Of a DNA stretch of 64,000 nt, positions 16,643-26,386 are shown in pieces. This DNA comes from Clostridia bacterium. GTDB taxonomy: Bacteria > Bacillota > Clostridia > Oscillospirales > RGIG5554. The notes under the pieces are model-generated. The model did no database searches. It was not told the origin of the DNA and worked only from the letters and a program-made list of their open reading frames with translations. The stretch's first letter is position 1. Every line of letters starts with the position of its first letter. The stretch is from the NCBI GenBank assembly GCA_017507855.1, contig JAFWAE010000026.1, forward strand, positions 52,734-116,733, in the 5' to 3' direction. The translations under genes and the position numbers were made by a program.

Positions 16643-18835
16643 ATGAAACTCATTTTTCCCCTTTCGGGGGAGGCAGGCAAGCAGGTGTACAGCCGTATGG
16701 ACGGCGCTTCCGTGCTTTGCTGTGTGCCTTTTGACATCGGGCGCGGTGAAAAATATGCAGAGGGCTTCGTGGTGTTTGACCGTCAGACTCTGCTGATCGT
16801 GGAAAACGGGGAGCTTTTGCTGGAATGCCCTATCTCCTCGGCAGAGGAATACACCACCCTCGTTTCCGTGGGGAATGGTTCGTTGGAATGTAAGATTGAC
16901 GGGGAGCCCCGCCAGCTTTGTCGCTTCAGCATGCGTCATTATGCCCGTATGGCAACGGTTGCCCGCATTTTGCAGGATTTGGCCGAGGGTTGCGAGCATC
17001 CTTTTCAAAGCACGGAGGACGAAAACGTTTGTCCCAAATGCAACCGCCGTTATATTAAGGGAACACATATTTGTCCTTTTTGTGCTCGGCAGAGTACAGT
17101 ATTTAAACAATTCTTTTTTCTCAGCCGTCCTTATTGGGGACGCTTGGCTATTGCCACACTGATGTTACTCAGCGGCATTGTGTTTTCCTCCGTGACGCCC
17201 TTTATTAACCGCCGATTGGTGGACGTGTATTTTACTGGCACGGGAGAAAAGCCGTTGAGTGGCTTTTTGTGGCTGACGGGAGCCTTGATTGCGCTGTCTC
17301 TTGCGGCCGTCTTCATTGACGTGATCCGCGCCCGTTTGATGGTGCGCATCAGCACATCCCTTTCCGGTGAACTGCGTTCCAAGGTCTTTGCCAAGCTGCA
17401 GGCTATGTCCTTGGGGACCTTTTCCAACCGTACCACGGGAGACCTGATGGGCCGTGTGACCAACGATACGGCCGTCATGCAGGATTTTTTGTGTCATACT
17501 TTGCCTACGGCTTTGGTTAACGTATTGCAGTTTGCGGTTATTACCGTGATCTTGCTGGTGCTGAACTGGCGTTTTGCCTTATTGATCCTCATTCCCATTC
17601 CGTTGGTGATCTTGTTAGTCAACCGTTTTTGGAGCAAGATCCATTTGCGGTTCCATTTGCAGTGGAGACAGTGGGCCAGAGCCAACTCTGTCCTGCACGA
17701 CATTCTTTCCGGTATCCGTGTAGTCAAGGTGTTCGGCATGGAGGACCGCGAGGTGGAAAAATTTCGCACGGCGGTCAAAAAGCACGCCACTATGAGCGAG
17801 ACGAACGAAAAAATGTGGGCGACTCTATCTCCGGCTTTGAACTTTGTGATCGGCGCGGGTGAGTTTTTGTTGCTGTACTTCGGTGCCGTGCAGGTGTTGG
17901 GCGGTAGTCTGACCACGGGTGAATTGGTGCAGTTTGCCGGCTATGCGGGAATCCTGTACGGGCCTCTGCGTTGGATCACCTCTCTGCCCAGACAGATCGT
18001 CAACTCCCTAACCTCGGCGGCTAAAGTATTCGAGATACTGGACGACCATTCCGATGTGAGCGACGCCGCAGAGGCAGTGGATATGAAGATCAACGGGCAT
18101 ATCCGGTTTCAGGACGTCAGCTTCGGTTATAAAAGCTACGAGCCCGTGCTGAAAAAGATCACCATTGACGTGCAACCCGGGGAAATGATCGGGATCGTGG
18201 GCCGCTCCGGAGCGGGAAAATCCACCCTGATCAATTTGGTGATGCGTATGTACGACGCTGACAGCGGCGAGGTGCTCATCGACGGGGTGAATATCAAAGA
18301 TATTTCCCAAAACTCACTGCGCACGCAAATGGGTGTGGTGTTGCAGGAGACCTTCCTGTTTTCGGGAACCATTTACGACAACATCCGCTATTCCAAGCCC
18401 GACGCGACACCCGAGGAGGTCATTACGGCCGCCAAGGTGGCCAACGCCCATCAGTTTATCATGAAGCTTCCCGACGGGTACAACACCAAGGTGGGAGAAA
18501 AGGGCTTCAGTCTTTCCGGCGGCGAACGCCAGCGCCTGTCCATTGCCCGTGCCATTTTGCACGACCCCAAGATCCTGGTGCTGGACGAGGCCACGGCTTC
18601 CTTGGATACGGAAACGGAAAAGCTGATCCAGGACGCTTTGCAAAAGCTGATCAAAAACCGCACGACGTTGGCGATCGCTCACCGTCTTTCCACTCTGCGC
18701 CACGCCAACCGCTTGCTGGTGCTGGATAAGGGAAAAGTCATCGAAATGGGCAGTCACGAGGAGCTGATGGCTCAAAAGGGCGCTTATTACGAGTTGGTCA
18801 TGGCCCAACGTCAAATGTCCAAAATGCAAAAATAA
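16643..18835 (+). CDS. ABC exporter (fused TMD-NBD) with N-terminal extension and zinc ribbon
   Basis: GRSGAGKS, LSGGE, ILVLDEAT and IAHRLS motifs; CPKC..CPFC before TM1. Confidence 0.9.
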   Translation: MKLIFPLSGEAGKQVYSRMDGASVLCCVPFDIGRGEKYAEGFVVFDRQTLLIVENGELLLECPISSAEEYTTLVSVGNGSLECKIDGEPRQLCRFSMRHYARMATVARILQDLAEGCEHPFQSTEDENVCPKCNRRYIKGTHICPFCARQSTVFKQFFFLSRPYWGRLAIATLMLLSGIVFSSVTPFINRRLVDVYFTGTGEKPLSGFLWLTGALIALSLAAVFIDVIRARLMVRISTSLSGELRSKVFAKLQAMSLGTFSNRTTGDLMGRVTNDTAVMQDFLCHTLPTALVNVLQFAVITVILLVLNWRFALLILIPIPLVILLVNRFWSKIHLRFHLQWRQWARANSVLHDILSGIRVVKVFGMEDREVEKFRTAVKKHATMSETNEKMWATLSPALNFVIGAGEFLLLYFGAVQVLGGSLTTGELVQFAGYAGILYGPLRWITSLPRQIVNSLTSAAKVFEILDDHSDVSDAAEAVDMKINGHIRFQDVSFGYKSYEPVLKKITIDVQPGEMIGIVGRSGAGKSTLINLVMRMYDADSGEVLIDGVNIKDISQNSLRTQMGVVLQETFLFSGTIYDNIRYSKPDATPEEVITAAKVANAHQFIMKLPDGYNTKVGEKGFSLSGGERQRLSIARAILHDPKILVLDEATASLDTETEKLIQDALQKLIKNRTTLAIAHRLSTLRHANRLLVLDKGKVIEMGSHEELMAQKGAYYELVMAQRQMSKMQK

Positions 18836-18845
18836 CCTCTGACAC

Positions 18846-18880
18846 AAAAACGCTTCGGAAGCTTTCCGAAGCGTTTTTTT
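18846..18880. terminator. Bidirectional terminator
   Basis: AAAAACGCTTCGGAA/TTCCGAAGCGTTTTT inverted repeat between convergent genes. Confidence 0.85.
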
Positions 18881-19283
18881 ATTCGGAGGCGGGCAGGTCG
18901 GCGATCAGCACGGGCAGGCGGGCCACCCGTGCGCGGGCCGTTTGCGCCAAGCGCACGAACAGGGCGCGCAGATAGGCGTCTGTACAGCCGTCGGCCAAAA
19001 AAGCATACCGTCGGGCCAAGGTGGCCTCTTCCAAGATGCACCGCTTGAGAAGCTCTTCACAGGGAATGGCGGGGAGGTCGGGAACGGGGGCGTTTTGCGG
19101 CAGGCGCATGTGCCCGTTTTGCAGGTAGTCGGCTTCCCTCAAAAGGGCGCTGCCGCGGCGGTCCTCCTCTGCAAAGCCCAGCAGCACGGCACGGCTTCGG
19201 GGGACGGAAAGCCCGTCGGCCAGGGTCTCGTATAAAAGGGCCTGCCTTTGGTGAAAAAGGGCCAATTCCTTCAGCTCGTTCAT
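18879..19283 (-). CDS. Hypothetical ferritin-like four-helix protein, possibly sporulation-related
   Basis: Helical repeat pattern (LYETLA..AEEDRR; ILEEA..RYAFLA); RBS AAGGAGG; sigK-like promoter. Confidence 0.55.
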   Translation of the reverse strand: MNELKELALFHQRQALLYETLADGLSVPRSRAVLLGFAEEDRRGSALLREADYLQNGHMRLPQNAPVPDLPAIPCEELLKRCILEEATLARRYAFLADGCTDAYLRALFVRLAQTARARVARLPVLIADLPASE

Positions 19284-19303
19284 AGTGTCTGCCTCCTTAC
19301 CGC

Positions 19304-19332
19304 AATATATGGGCGGTTGGGCAAAAAGGTGC
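19304..19332 (-). promoter_or_regulatory. sigK-like sporulation promoter
   Basis: GCACC-16 bp-CATATATT just upstream of the RBS. Confidence 0.5.
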
Positions 19333-19371
19333 AAAAAAAGACACCCTCGGGGGGTGCCTTTGCAAAGGGAC

Positions 19372-20025
19372 TTACGGCTGCTTCAGCTTTTCCTCACAGC
19401 TTCGGATCAGGCGAAGCATCGCTTGCGTTTCTTGAGGGAAGGCTGCTGAAAGCTCGGAAACGTTGGGGGAAAAGGGTTTGTCGGTAGCCTGCATCGTCAT
19501 GGTTTTCAGCCTCATTTCACTGAGGATCATTTCCACGCTGACCAACTCGTTCCACTCTTCCTCTCCAAGGGCAAACAGGCTTTCGGGATTTTCCGGGTTG
19601 CCGCTGTATAAACGGCGAAAGAGCTTGTACAGGCTCATGGACAGAAAATGTCCCGTTTCCAAGGCCAGATCCTTGGCATCAGCGCGGTTGAGCAGGTCAA
19701 ACAACAGGCCCGCGGCGTTGGCCACGGTGTTTTTCAGTAACACGGCGTAGGTAGTGCCTCGAAACACGTTGTCCTTGGGGGCGGCTTGTTGATTTCGGTT
19801 CCGCTCGGCCTCCAGGCCCAGTAAATAATCCGCGCTGACCCCGTAATAGGTGCACGCGGCAAAAAGGGAAGGCATGGAGCATTCGCGAAGCCCCTGCTCG
19901 TAATGGGACAGCATGGATTGGGAAACGCCCAACGCCGTCGCGGCCTCCCGCTGACTGACGCCTTTTTCCGTGCGCAGCAGGCGCAGACGCTGACCGATCT
20001 GTTCGTTAACGGATACTTCACTCAT
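19372..20025 (-). CDS. XRE-family HTH transcriptional regulator with C-terminal domain
   Basis: RLRLLRTEKGVSQREAA..LSHYEQG..GVSADYLLG HTH_3 motif. Confidence 0.85.
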   Translation of the reverse strand: MSEVSVNEQIGQRLRLLRTEKGVSQREAATALGVSQSMLSHYEQGLRECSMPSLFAACTYYGVSADYLLGLEAERNRNQQAAPKDNVFRGTTYAVLLKNTVANAAGLLFDLLNRADAKDLALETGHFLSMSLYKLFRRLYSGNPENPESLFALGEEEWNELVSVEMILSEMRLKTMTMQATDKPFSPNVSELSAAFPQETQAMLRLIRSCEEKLKQP

Positions 20026-20500
20026 TTGACACGGCCCCCTCGGGTTGTTTTTTTCTGCTTCGCAGGTTACGGAAGAACGAGCTCAGCAAATGGGCGCATT
20101 CCTCCTCCAAAACGCCGGAGGTGACCTCCGGACGGTGGTTGACGGGATATTCGTTCAGATTCAGCACACTGCCGTAGGCGCCGGCCTTGGGGTCTTTGGC
20201 TCCGTATACCACGCGGTCGATGCGGGCGTTCATAATGGCGCCGGCACACATGGGACAGGGCTCCAGAGTCACGTACAGCGTGCAGCCGCAAAGCCGCCAA
20301 AAGCCCAAACGGCGGCAGGCTTGTTCAATGGCGCGGATCTCGGCGTGGCAAAGGGCGTTTTGGGAGGTTTCCCGCAGGTTGAATCCGCGGCCGATCACCT
20401 TTCCCTCGTGTACGATCACGGCCCCCACGGGGACCTCGCCCCGTTTTTCGGCACAGCGGGCTTGGCGCAGGGCGCGGCGCATGGCTTCGCGGTCGGTCAT
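20018..20500 (-). CDS. tadA: tRNA adenosine(34) deaminase
   Basis: EVPVGAV, HAE, TLEPCPMC and DPKAGA motifs; ATG 20500 with GGAGG. Confidence 0.93.
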   Translation of the reverse strand: MTDREAMRRALRQARCAEKRGEVPVGAVIVHEGKVIGRGFNLRETSQNALCHAEIRAIEQACRRLGFWRLCGCTLYVTLEPCPMCAGAIMNARIDRVVYGAKDPKAGAYGSVLNLNEYPVNHRPEVTSGVLEEECAHLLSSFFRNLRSRKKQPEGAVSNE

Positions 20501-21516
20501 AGCAATTCCTCCAATAAAGCAAGGATGACGGGTCGGAACAGGGTAAACAGGGTCAAAAGCAGGCAAAGGGCGTAAAACAGCAAAAGCAGGGGAGAAAAGG
20601 CGGCCTTGACCAAGTCCTTTCGGGGCAGAGTTCGCTCCGCCAAAAAGGCAAAGGGGCGCTTTTCCCGCCACAAAAACCACGCCACACAAAGGGTTCCCGC
20701 CACAATGAAGAACTTTTCCCGAAACAGAAACACGCGTGAAAACAAGGCAGGGGAGAGCAGGAAGCGAAGGTATTGAAAGATCACGGAGGTGGCGTTGTTG
20801 ATGAAATGGGCTGTGACACCCAGACGGAAATTGTCGTATTTAAGCACGAAAAAGCCGATGCAGAAGCCCGCGGCCACGGCGTAGGGGATCTGCTGAACGG
20901 TGCAGTGTATCAGCCCAAAGGCCAGGGAGGACACCGTCAGTGCCAGGGCTTTTCCGTAAGGGGCCAGGCTCCGCAAGACGATGCCGCGGAAAAACAGTTC
21001 CTCCAGCACGGCCGGCAATACGGCGGAGGAAAGAAAGTACAGAACGGCACCCACAAGGGAGGCGGGCGGTTGGGAGGAAAGGCCGGGGACCGTAAGGCCG
21101 TGCTTTTCCAGCAGGATCGTGATGAAGATGGACAAAAAGCCGAAGATCTCAGAGGCGAATATGGAAATACACGTGACCCATATATAGGGGCGCAGACCGC
21201 AGGGGGTATTGCTCACGACCCGACGAGGCGAATGCCCCATCAGCTTGAAAAAGACCGCACAAGGGGCGGCGAACAAGGATATGTAGATCAGGATATGCAC
21301 GAGTACGCCGGGGGTGGTACTGCGCCCTAACCACGGAGAGACATCCAGCCCCAGGACGGCCAAAAAATCCGCCACGGCACTCACAATGCCGGAAACGGCC
21401 AGCTCGCTTGCCAGAAGAAGACAGAGCACACCTCCCAACTGCAAGGCCAGCCGATGCAGGTCGCGGGTACGTGCCTGCTGTTCTTGGGCAGGGACGGGCT
21501 CGCACACGGTCTTCAC
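20497..21516 (-). CDS. CPBP (CAAX/Abi) intramembrane metalloprotease
   Basis: EELFFRG, FGLIH and HFINN motifs; polytopic membrane protein. Confidence 0.88.
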   Translation of the reverse strand: MKTVCEPVPAQEQQARTRDLHRLALQLGGVLCLLLASELAVSGIVSAVADFLAVLGLDVSPWLGRSTTPGVLVHILIYISLFAAPCAVFFKLMGHSPRRVVSNTPCGLRPYIWVTCISIFASEIFGFLSIFITILLEKHGLTVPGLSSQPPASLVGAVLYFLSSAVLPAVLEELFFRGIVLRSLAPYGKALALTVSSLAFGLIHCTVQQIPYAVAAGFCIGFFVLKYDNFRLGVTAHFINNATSVIFQYLRFLLSPALFSRVFLFREKFFIVAGTLCVAWFLWREKRPFAFLAERTLPRKDLVKAAFSPLLLLFYALCLLLTLFTLFRPVILALLEELL

Positions 21517-21533
21517 CTTCTTTGTTGAAAAGA

Positions 21534-22178
21534 TCAGTTTCCTTTGCGGGCTTGCCGACGGTCAGACAGAAAGCCGAAAAGAAGTTGGGCCACCCCTACG
21601 GCCAGCCAGGTACCCAGGATCACCAGGGCGCAAAGCAGGAAAAAGGAGGCGGGAAGCAGGGTGATGATGGGATCGGACGAGGGAGAAAAGACCCACAGAT
21701 CATTGGAGAAAAACAGCTTGTGAAACAGGGTGAAGGCAGGCTGAAAAGCCACCAGGGCCACCGCTGCGATCCCTGCGGAAAGTCCGGTCAGCGCCGCGCC
21801 ACAGCCCCTCAGCGCCCGATTCAGAAGCTGTTTTTTGGACAGCCACAGGCATAAAGGAATGAGAAGCAGGACAGAAACGCCCCCTGTGGCGTAGACGCCG
21901 TTAAAAAGCCTTTTGCAATCGGCAAAATGACGGGCACCCCCTTCGCTGAAGGGAAGAGAAGGCAGGGAAAACGGGGCGTCGGAGAAGGGGGAAAGGTAGT
22001 CCATCACAGCTCGATAATTGGCCAAGGCATCCGTTTCGCTGCACAGGGCCGCCGCGGAGCTTTGGCGGAAAGAGAACTCCCACAGCCCGTCGAACACGTG
22101 CACGAAGGCCAGGGCGGATGCGGTAGCCACAGACAGGGAAAGAGCCATCAAGGCCAAAACGGAAAGCCAACGCTTCAT
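21534..22178 (-). CDS. TIGR01906/DUF1461 membrane protein (lipoprotein intramolecular transacylase Lit-like)
   Basis: HFADCKRLF, FTLFHKLFF.ND.W.F and DPIITLLP.SFF motifs. Confidence 0.8.
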   Translation of the reverse strand: MKRWLSVLALMALSLSVATASALAFVHVFDGLWEFSFRQSSAAALCSETDALANYRAVMDYLSPFSDAPFSLPSLPFSEGGARHFADCKRLFNGVYATGGVSVLLLIPLCLWLSKKQLLNRALRGCGAALTGLSAGIAAVALVAFQPAFTLFHKLFFSNDLWVFSPSSDPIITLLPASFFLLCALVILGTWLAVGVAQLLFGFLSDRRQARKGN

Positions 22179-22183
22179 GGGTA

Positions 22184-22798
22184 TCACGCTCCTTCCTGAG
22201 TCAGGCTTTTTTCAGGGACGCGGGGGACTGCCGTTTCCAGGGAAAACTCTGCCAGAAAAAGGAGAATGAGGAGGTTTTCCCAAATGAAAAGGGTATTGTC
22301 AAAAAACTCGATCCGAAAGATCAGCCCCGTAAGGCAGAAAACGGAGAAGGCCGAGCTGAGCAGGCCGAAGATCCGCTGGCAAACGTTGCGGGCAAAAACG
22401 GCCATAAAGCCGAAGGAAAGCATCAGGGCGGGGATCAGTACCTCGGCGATGCGGTTGTGTAGGTCTGTGATCAGTCTGCTTCGGTCGCTGTTGCACGGAA
22501 GCCATCCGCACCCCAGCACGCAAAGAACGATGAGGATGTATAGAAGCTTTTGGGCCGGCTTCATTTGTATTTTTGGAAGATGCAGGCAAATGAACACGGC
22601 AATGGCAGAGATCGCGGCGGCAAAAAGCACCGACGTCCAAGGATAAAACCCTACGTAGACGGAAACGGTCAGCCCCGGATCCATGGGCAGTTGCTTTTCC
22701 CGGCAGGCAAAGACCACGGCTACCGCGACGCAAAGGGCATAAAGGGCCACGGACCCAAACAAAAAACGCACGCTTTTTCGGGGCAAAAGGCAGAGCAT
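22184..22798 (-). CDS. Hypothetical polytopic membrane protein
   Basis: About 6 hydrophobic segments, TVSxYVG and LHN motifs; lies within the operon. Confidence 0.65.
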   Translation of the reverse strand: MLCLLPRKSVRFLFGSVALYALCVAVAVVFACREKQLPMDPGLTVSVYVGFYPWTSVLFAAAISAIAVFICLHLPKIQMKPAQKLLYILIVLCVLGCGWLPCNSDRSRLITDLHNRIAEVLIPALMLSFGFMAVFARNVCQRIFGLLSSAFSVFCLTGLIFRIEFFDNTLFIWENLLILLFLAEFSLETAVPRVPEKSLTQEGA

Positions 22799-22834
22799 GC
22801 TTTATACAGTCCTTTCTTTGGGAAGATCAGCAGA

Positions 22835-23551
22835 TCAAGCCATCTCCTTGGCCGTGTGTAAGGCCAGGCGGATCATGTCGGTAAAGGAGGTCTGGCGGGC
22901 TTGGGCATCCAGCGCCTCTCCCGTCAGCAAATGGTCGCTGACGGTCAAAACGGTCAGCGCGCGCTTGCCTGCGACGGCCGCATTCACGTAAAGGGCCGCC
23001 GTTTCCATCTCCACGGCCAAAGCGCCCACCTTGCCCCAAGCGACGGTGTCGCCGGGATCAGGACGGTAAAAAACGTCGCTGGAAAGAACGTTGCCTACGC
23101 TTATAGGCATTTGCAGGCGCGCGGCTGCGTCGGCCGCAGTGCGAAGCAGGGTATAGTCGGCTGTGGGGGCCACCGTGCCCCCTTGAATGAATTGGGAAGG
23201 ATAAGAAGAATCGGTGTGAGCTCCCAGGGCCAGGATTACGTCGCGCACTTGCAGGTTGGGGGAAATGGCTCCCGCCGAGCCCACGCGGATGATGTTTTCC
23301 ACCCCGAAAAAGTGAAACAGCTCGTAGCTGTAGATGCCCATGGAGGGCATTCCCATTCCGCTGGCCATGACGGAAACGGGGCATCCCTCAAAGGTGCCGG
23401 TGTACCCCTGCACCCCGCGCACGTTGTTGACCAATACGGCGTCGGAGAGGAAATTTTCAGCAATGAAGCGAGCGCGCAAGGGATCGCCGGGCATCAGCAC
23501 GGTGGGGGCAAAATCCTTTGCTGCGGCATGAATATGCGGTGTAGGTGTCAT
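22835..23551 (-). CDS. deoD: Purine-nucleoside phosphorylase
   Basis: TPHI, MPGDPLRA, GMGMPS, RVGSAG, VEME and TVSD motifs. Confidence 0.95.
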   Translation of the reverse strand: MTPTPHIHAAAKDFAPTVLMPGDPLRARFIAENFLSDAVLVNNVRGVQGYTGTFEGCPVSVMASGMGMPSMGIYSYELFHFFGVENIIRVGSAGAISPNLQVRDVILALGAHTDSSYPSQFIQGGTVAPTADYTLLRTAADAAARLQMPISVGNVLSSDVFYRPDPGDTVAWGKVGALAVEMETAALYVNAAVAGKRALTVLTVSDHLLTGEALDAQARQTSFTDMIRLALHTAKEMA

Positions 23552-23763
23552 GAACGGGAACCCCTTTCTGCACGAGGGCCTCCCCTTGGGCGGCCCGAAA
23601 TTTCAAGTGACTGTTAAGCTATTATATCACATTTCTTTGTGAAAAAAAACCTTTTCCTCAAAAAATGGAGAGGCTGTGCGTCGAAAAATGCCACACGGAA
23701 AGAATGCAAAGGAAAATTTGCAAAGAAAAGCTGAGAGAAAACGGAGAAAATGCAAAAAAATGC

Positions 23764-23792
23764 TTGAAAAATTTGCAGGATACAGCTATAAT
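23764..23792 (+). promoter_or_regulatory. sigA promoter of the sugar kinase
   Basis: TTGAAA-17 bp-TATAAT. Confidence 0.7.
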
Positions 23793-23842
23793 AAAAATAA
23801 GATTTTCCATATTCTACTTTAGGAAAGGAATTGCACATCGTT

Positions 23843-25300
23843 ATGAAGTATTTATTTGGCTTGGACATTGGCACTACCGGCTGCAAGGCGATCCTGTTTG
23901 ACGAAAACGGGAAGATCCATGGGGATCATTACATCGAGTATGCACTGCACGTCATCTCGGACAAGGAGATCGAGCAGAGCCCCAAGGATTGGTGGAACCA
24001 TTCCGTCAGCTGTATGAAGGGGTGCCTCAAGCAGGCAGGCATCGACCCTGCGGACGTGGCGGGCGTTTCCGTTTCTTCCCAGGGCATCTCCTTTGTGCCC
24101 ATGACCGAGGACGGCACGGAGCTGGGCGACGCCATTTCCTGGTTGGATTCCCGCGCTGAAGCCGAGACCGAGGAGATCATGGCCCTCAAAGGTGCCGACT
24201 GGATGTATCAGCGCACCGGCAAGCGCACCGGCGCGCAGTATATGCTGCCCAAGTTAATGTGGGTGAAGAAGAATCTGCCCGACGTGTATGCCAAAACCTA
24301 TAAGTTCCTTATGGCGCACGACTACATCATCTACAAGCTGTGTGGCGCCTTCGTGACCGACCGCACCATGGCCGGTGCCACCATGGTCTATGACCTGCAC
24401 ACCGAGGAATGGAGCGAGGAGATCTGTGACGCCTTCGGCATTGATTGCAACAAGATGCCTGCCCTGGCCTGGGCGGGCGAGCTGGCCGGCCAATTGACCG
24501 AGGCCGCTGCCGCGGAGATCGGTCTGACCACGGCCTGCAAGGTGGCTGTGGGTGCGCAGGACCAAAAGGCCTCTGCCGTGGGCGCCCGTTTGGAGCCCGG
24601 CGTGGCCACCCTGTCCCTGGGTACGGCCGGCGCTATGGAGCTGAGCTGCGACCATCCTGTGTTTGACGATGCCCGCATGCGCATCCCCTGCTTCTCCTAT
24701 ACCGCGCCCGGCACCTATACCCTGGAAACGGTGATTTCCACCTGCGGTGCTGCGCAGAAATGGTTTAAAAACACAGTGTTGCCCTACATGAGCTACCGCG
24801 AAATGGACGAGATGATCGAAAAGACCCCCGTGGGTAGTAGCGGCGTCATGTTTTATCCCCATTTGACCGGCGCCAGCACGCCCATCGGGCGCGACGAGGT
24901 GCGCGGTGCTTTTTCCGGTCTGTCCCTGAACGCCGGCGTAGGCGACTTGGCCCGCTCCGTGCAGGAGGGTCTGGCCTTCCAGCTTCGCCACAACGTGGAT
25001 GTGGCCGAGGAAATGGGGACGAAAGTCAACGAGATCCACGTCTTCGGCGGCGGCAGCAAGAGCCGCATCTGGTGTCATATCATTGCCGGCTGCACCGGAC
25101 GCAAGGTCGTTTCGTATGCCTGCCCCGAGATCGCTTTGGTGGGCGCGGCGATGCTGGCAGCCAAAGCCTGCGGAATGGATACGACAGATTTTGCCATGTG
25201 CGAAATGATGCCCGTGCGCGAGTTTGAAGCCACGGAAGAGGAAAAAGCCTTGTACAATGATATTTACGCCAAATACCGTGCTTTTGAAGACAGACTGTAA
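23843..25300 (+). CDS. FGGY-family carbohydrate kinase (xylulokinase-like)
   Basis: GLDIGTTGCK, WLDSRA, GAQDQ, SLGT and GGGSKS motifs. Confidence 0.9.
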   Translation: MKYLFGLDIGTTGCKAILFDENGKIHGDHYIEYALHVISDKEIEQSPKDWWNHSVSCMKGCLKQAGIDPADVAGVSVSSQGISFVPMTEDGTELGDAISWLDSRAEAETEEIMALKGADWMYQRTGKRTGAQYMLPKLMWVKKNLPDVYAKTYKFLMAHDYIIYKLCGAFVTDRTMAGATMVYDLHTEEWSEEICDAFGIDCNKMPALAWAGELAGQLTEAAAAEIGLTTACKVAVGAQDQKASAVGARLEPGVATLSLGTAGAMELSCDHPVFDDARMRIPCFSYTAPGTYTLETVISTCGAAQKWFKNTVLPYMSYREMDEMIEKTPVGSSGVMFYPHLTGASTPIGRDEVRGAFSGLSLNAGVGDLARSVQEGLAFQLRHNVDVAEEMGTKVNEIHVFGGGSKSRIWCHIIAGCTGRKVVSYACPEIALVGAAMLAAKACGMDTTDFAMCEMMPVREFEATEEEKALYNDIYAKYRAFEDRL

Positions 25301-25334
25301 CTTCGCCTTCTTTATATGAAAGGAGCGTGTTGAT

Positions 25335-26330
25335 GTGGGCCATAATAACACCACACTAAAGGAGATCGCCGCTTTGGCAAACGTGCATATCTCCACGGTG
25401 TCCAGGGCTCTCAGCGGAAGCCCGCTGGTCAAGCCGGACACGGCCGAGCGGGTGCGCGAGGTGGCCAAACGCCTGGAATACCGCCGCGAAATGCTGCTTA
25501 AAGGGGTGGTATCCGGGAAGACCTTTACCGTGGGTGTTCTGATTCCGGATATGTCCAACAGCTTCTACGCCGAGATCTGTGGCGGTGTGATGGAGTATCT
25601 GCAACGAAACGGTTATTCCGTGCTGCTGGGATGCACCAATTTTTCCGCGAACGAGGAACGGGAATTCGTGGACCTATTTATTGCCAAAAAGGTGGAGGGG
25701 ATCGTTTCCGTTTCGGCGCGCTATTCCGACATTCCCCATATTATGCCCGCCGTGTTTATTGAGGCGGTCCCCGAATGCAAGGAGATCACGGTCGTGTCCA
25801 TCGACAATTTCGGCGCGGCGGCTCGCATGGCCGAGCATTTGGCCGAAATGGGGCATCGCAGAATCGGCTTTATCGGCGATACCAAGACCACCATCCAGCG
25901 CTTCAGGGGCTTTTCCGCCGGTTTGGAGCGCTTTGGCCTGATCTTGGATCCCAAACTGACGGTCATTGATGAAGAGCGCATGGAAAAGGGCGGCTACAAC
26001 AAGATGATGCAGCTGTTGCAACGCCCCGTGCGCCCTACGGCGGTATTTTGTGTCAACGACTATTTGGCCATTGGCGCTTTGCAGGCTATCAGCGAGGCGG
26101 GATTGCGGGTGCCCGAGGATATCTCCGTTGTCGGCTTTGACGGCATTCAGTCTTCCGCTTACGTGCAGCCTCCCCTGACCACCATCGTACAGCCCAAGGA
26201 AAAAATGGGGCAAATGGGGGCCGAGTTGCTGCTAAAGGAGATCTGCGGCGAGCGCGCCCCCGGAGGACGCGTGGTCCTGCCCTTCTCCCTGGCTGAGCGA
26301 AAGTCGGCGGCGCCTCCCCGCTCAGAGTAA
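25335..26330 (+). CDS. LacI-family transcriptional regulator
   Basis: TLKEIAALANVHISTVSRAL HTH; VPEDISVVGFD and PPLTTI motifs. Confidence 0.93.
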   Translation: MGHNNTTLKEIAALANVHISTVSRALSGSPLVKPDTAERVREVAKRLEYRREMLLKGVVSGKTFTVGVLIPDMSNSFYAEICGGVMEYLQRNGYSVLLGCTNFSANEEREFVDLFIAKKVEGIVSVSARYSDIPHIMPAVFIEAVPECKEITVVSIDNFGAAARMAEHLAEMGHRRIGFIGDTKTTIQRFRGFSAGLERFGLILDPKLTVIDEERMEKGGYNKMMQLLQRPVRPTAVFCVNDYLAIGALQAISEAGLRVPEDISVVGFDGIQSSAYVQPPLTTIVQPKEKMGQMGAELLLKEICGERAPGGRVVLPFSLAERKSAAPPRSE

Positions 26331-26357
26331 GTTTTTCATTTGTATTTTTGCATTTTC

Positions 26358-26386
26358 TTGCGTTTTGGCACCCCTTCCGTCATAAT
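26358..26386 (+). promoter_or_regulatory. sigA promoter of the isomerase / beta-helix genes
   Basis: TTGCGT-17 bp-CATAAT. Confidence 0.55.

Noticed and set aside
23552-23620. Purine riboswitch before deoD
   Set aside because: Only a short GC hairpin; the conserved purine aptamer nucleotides are absent.
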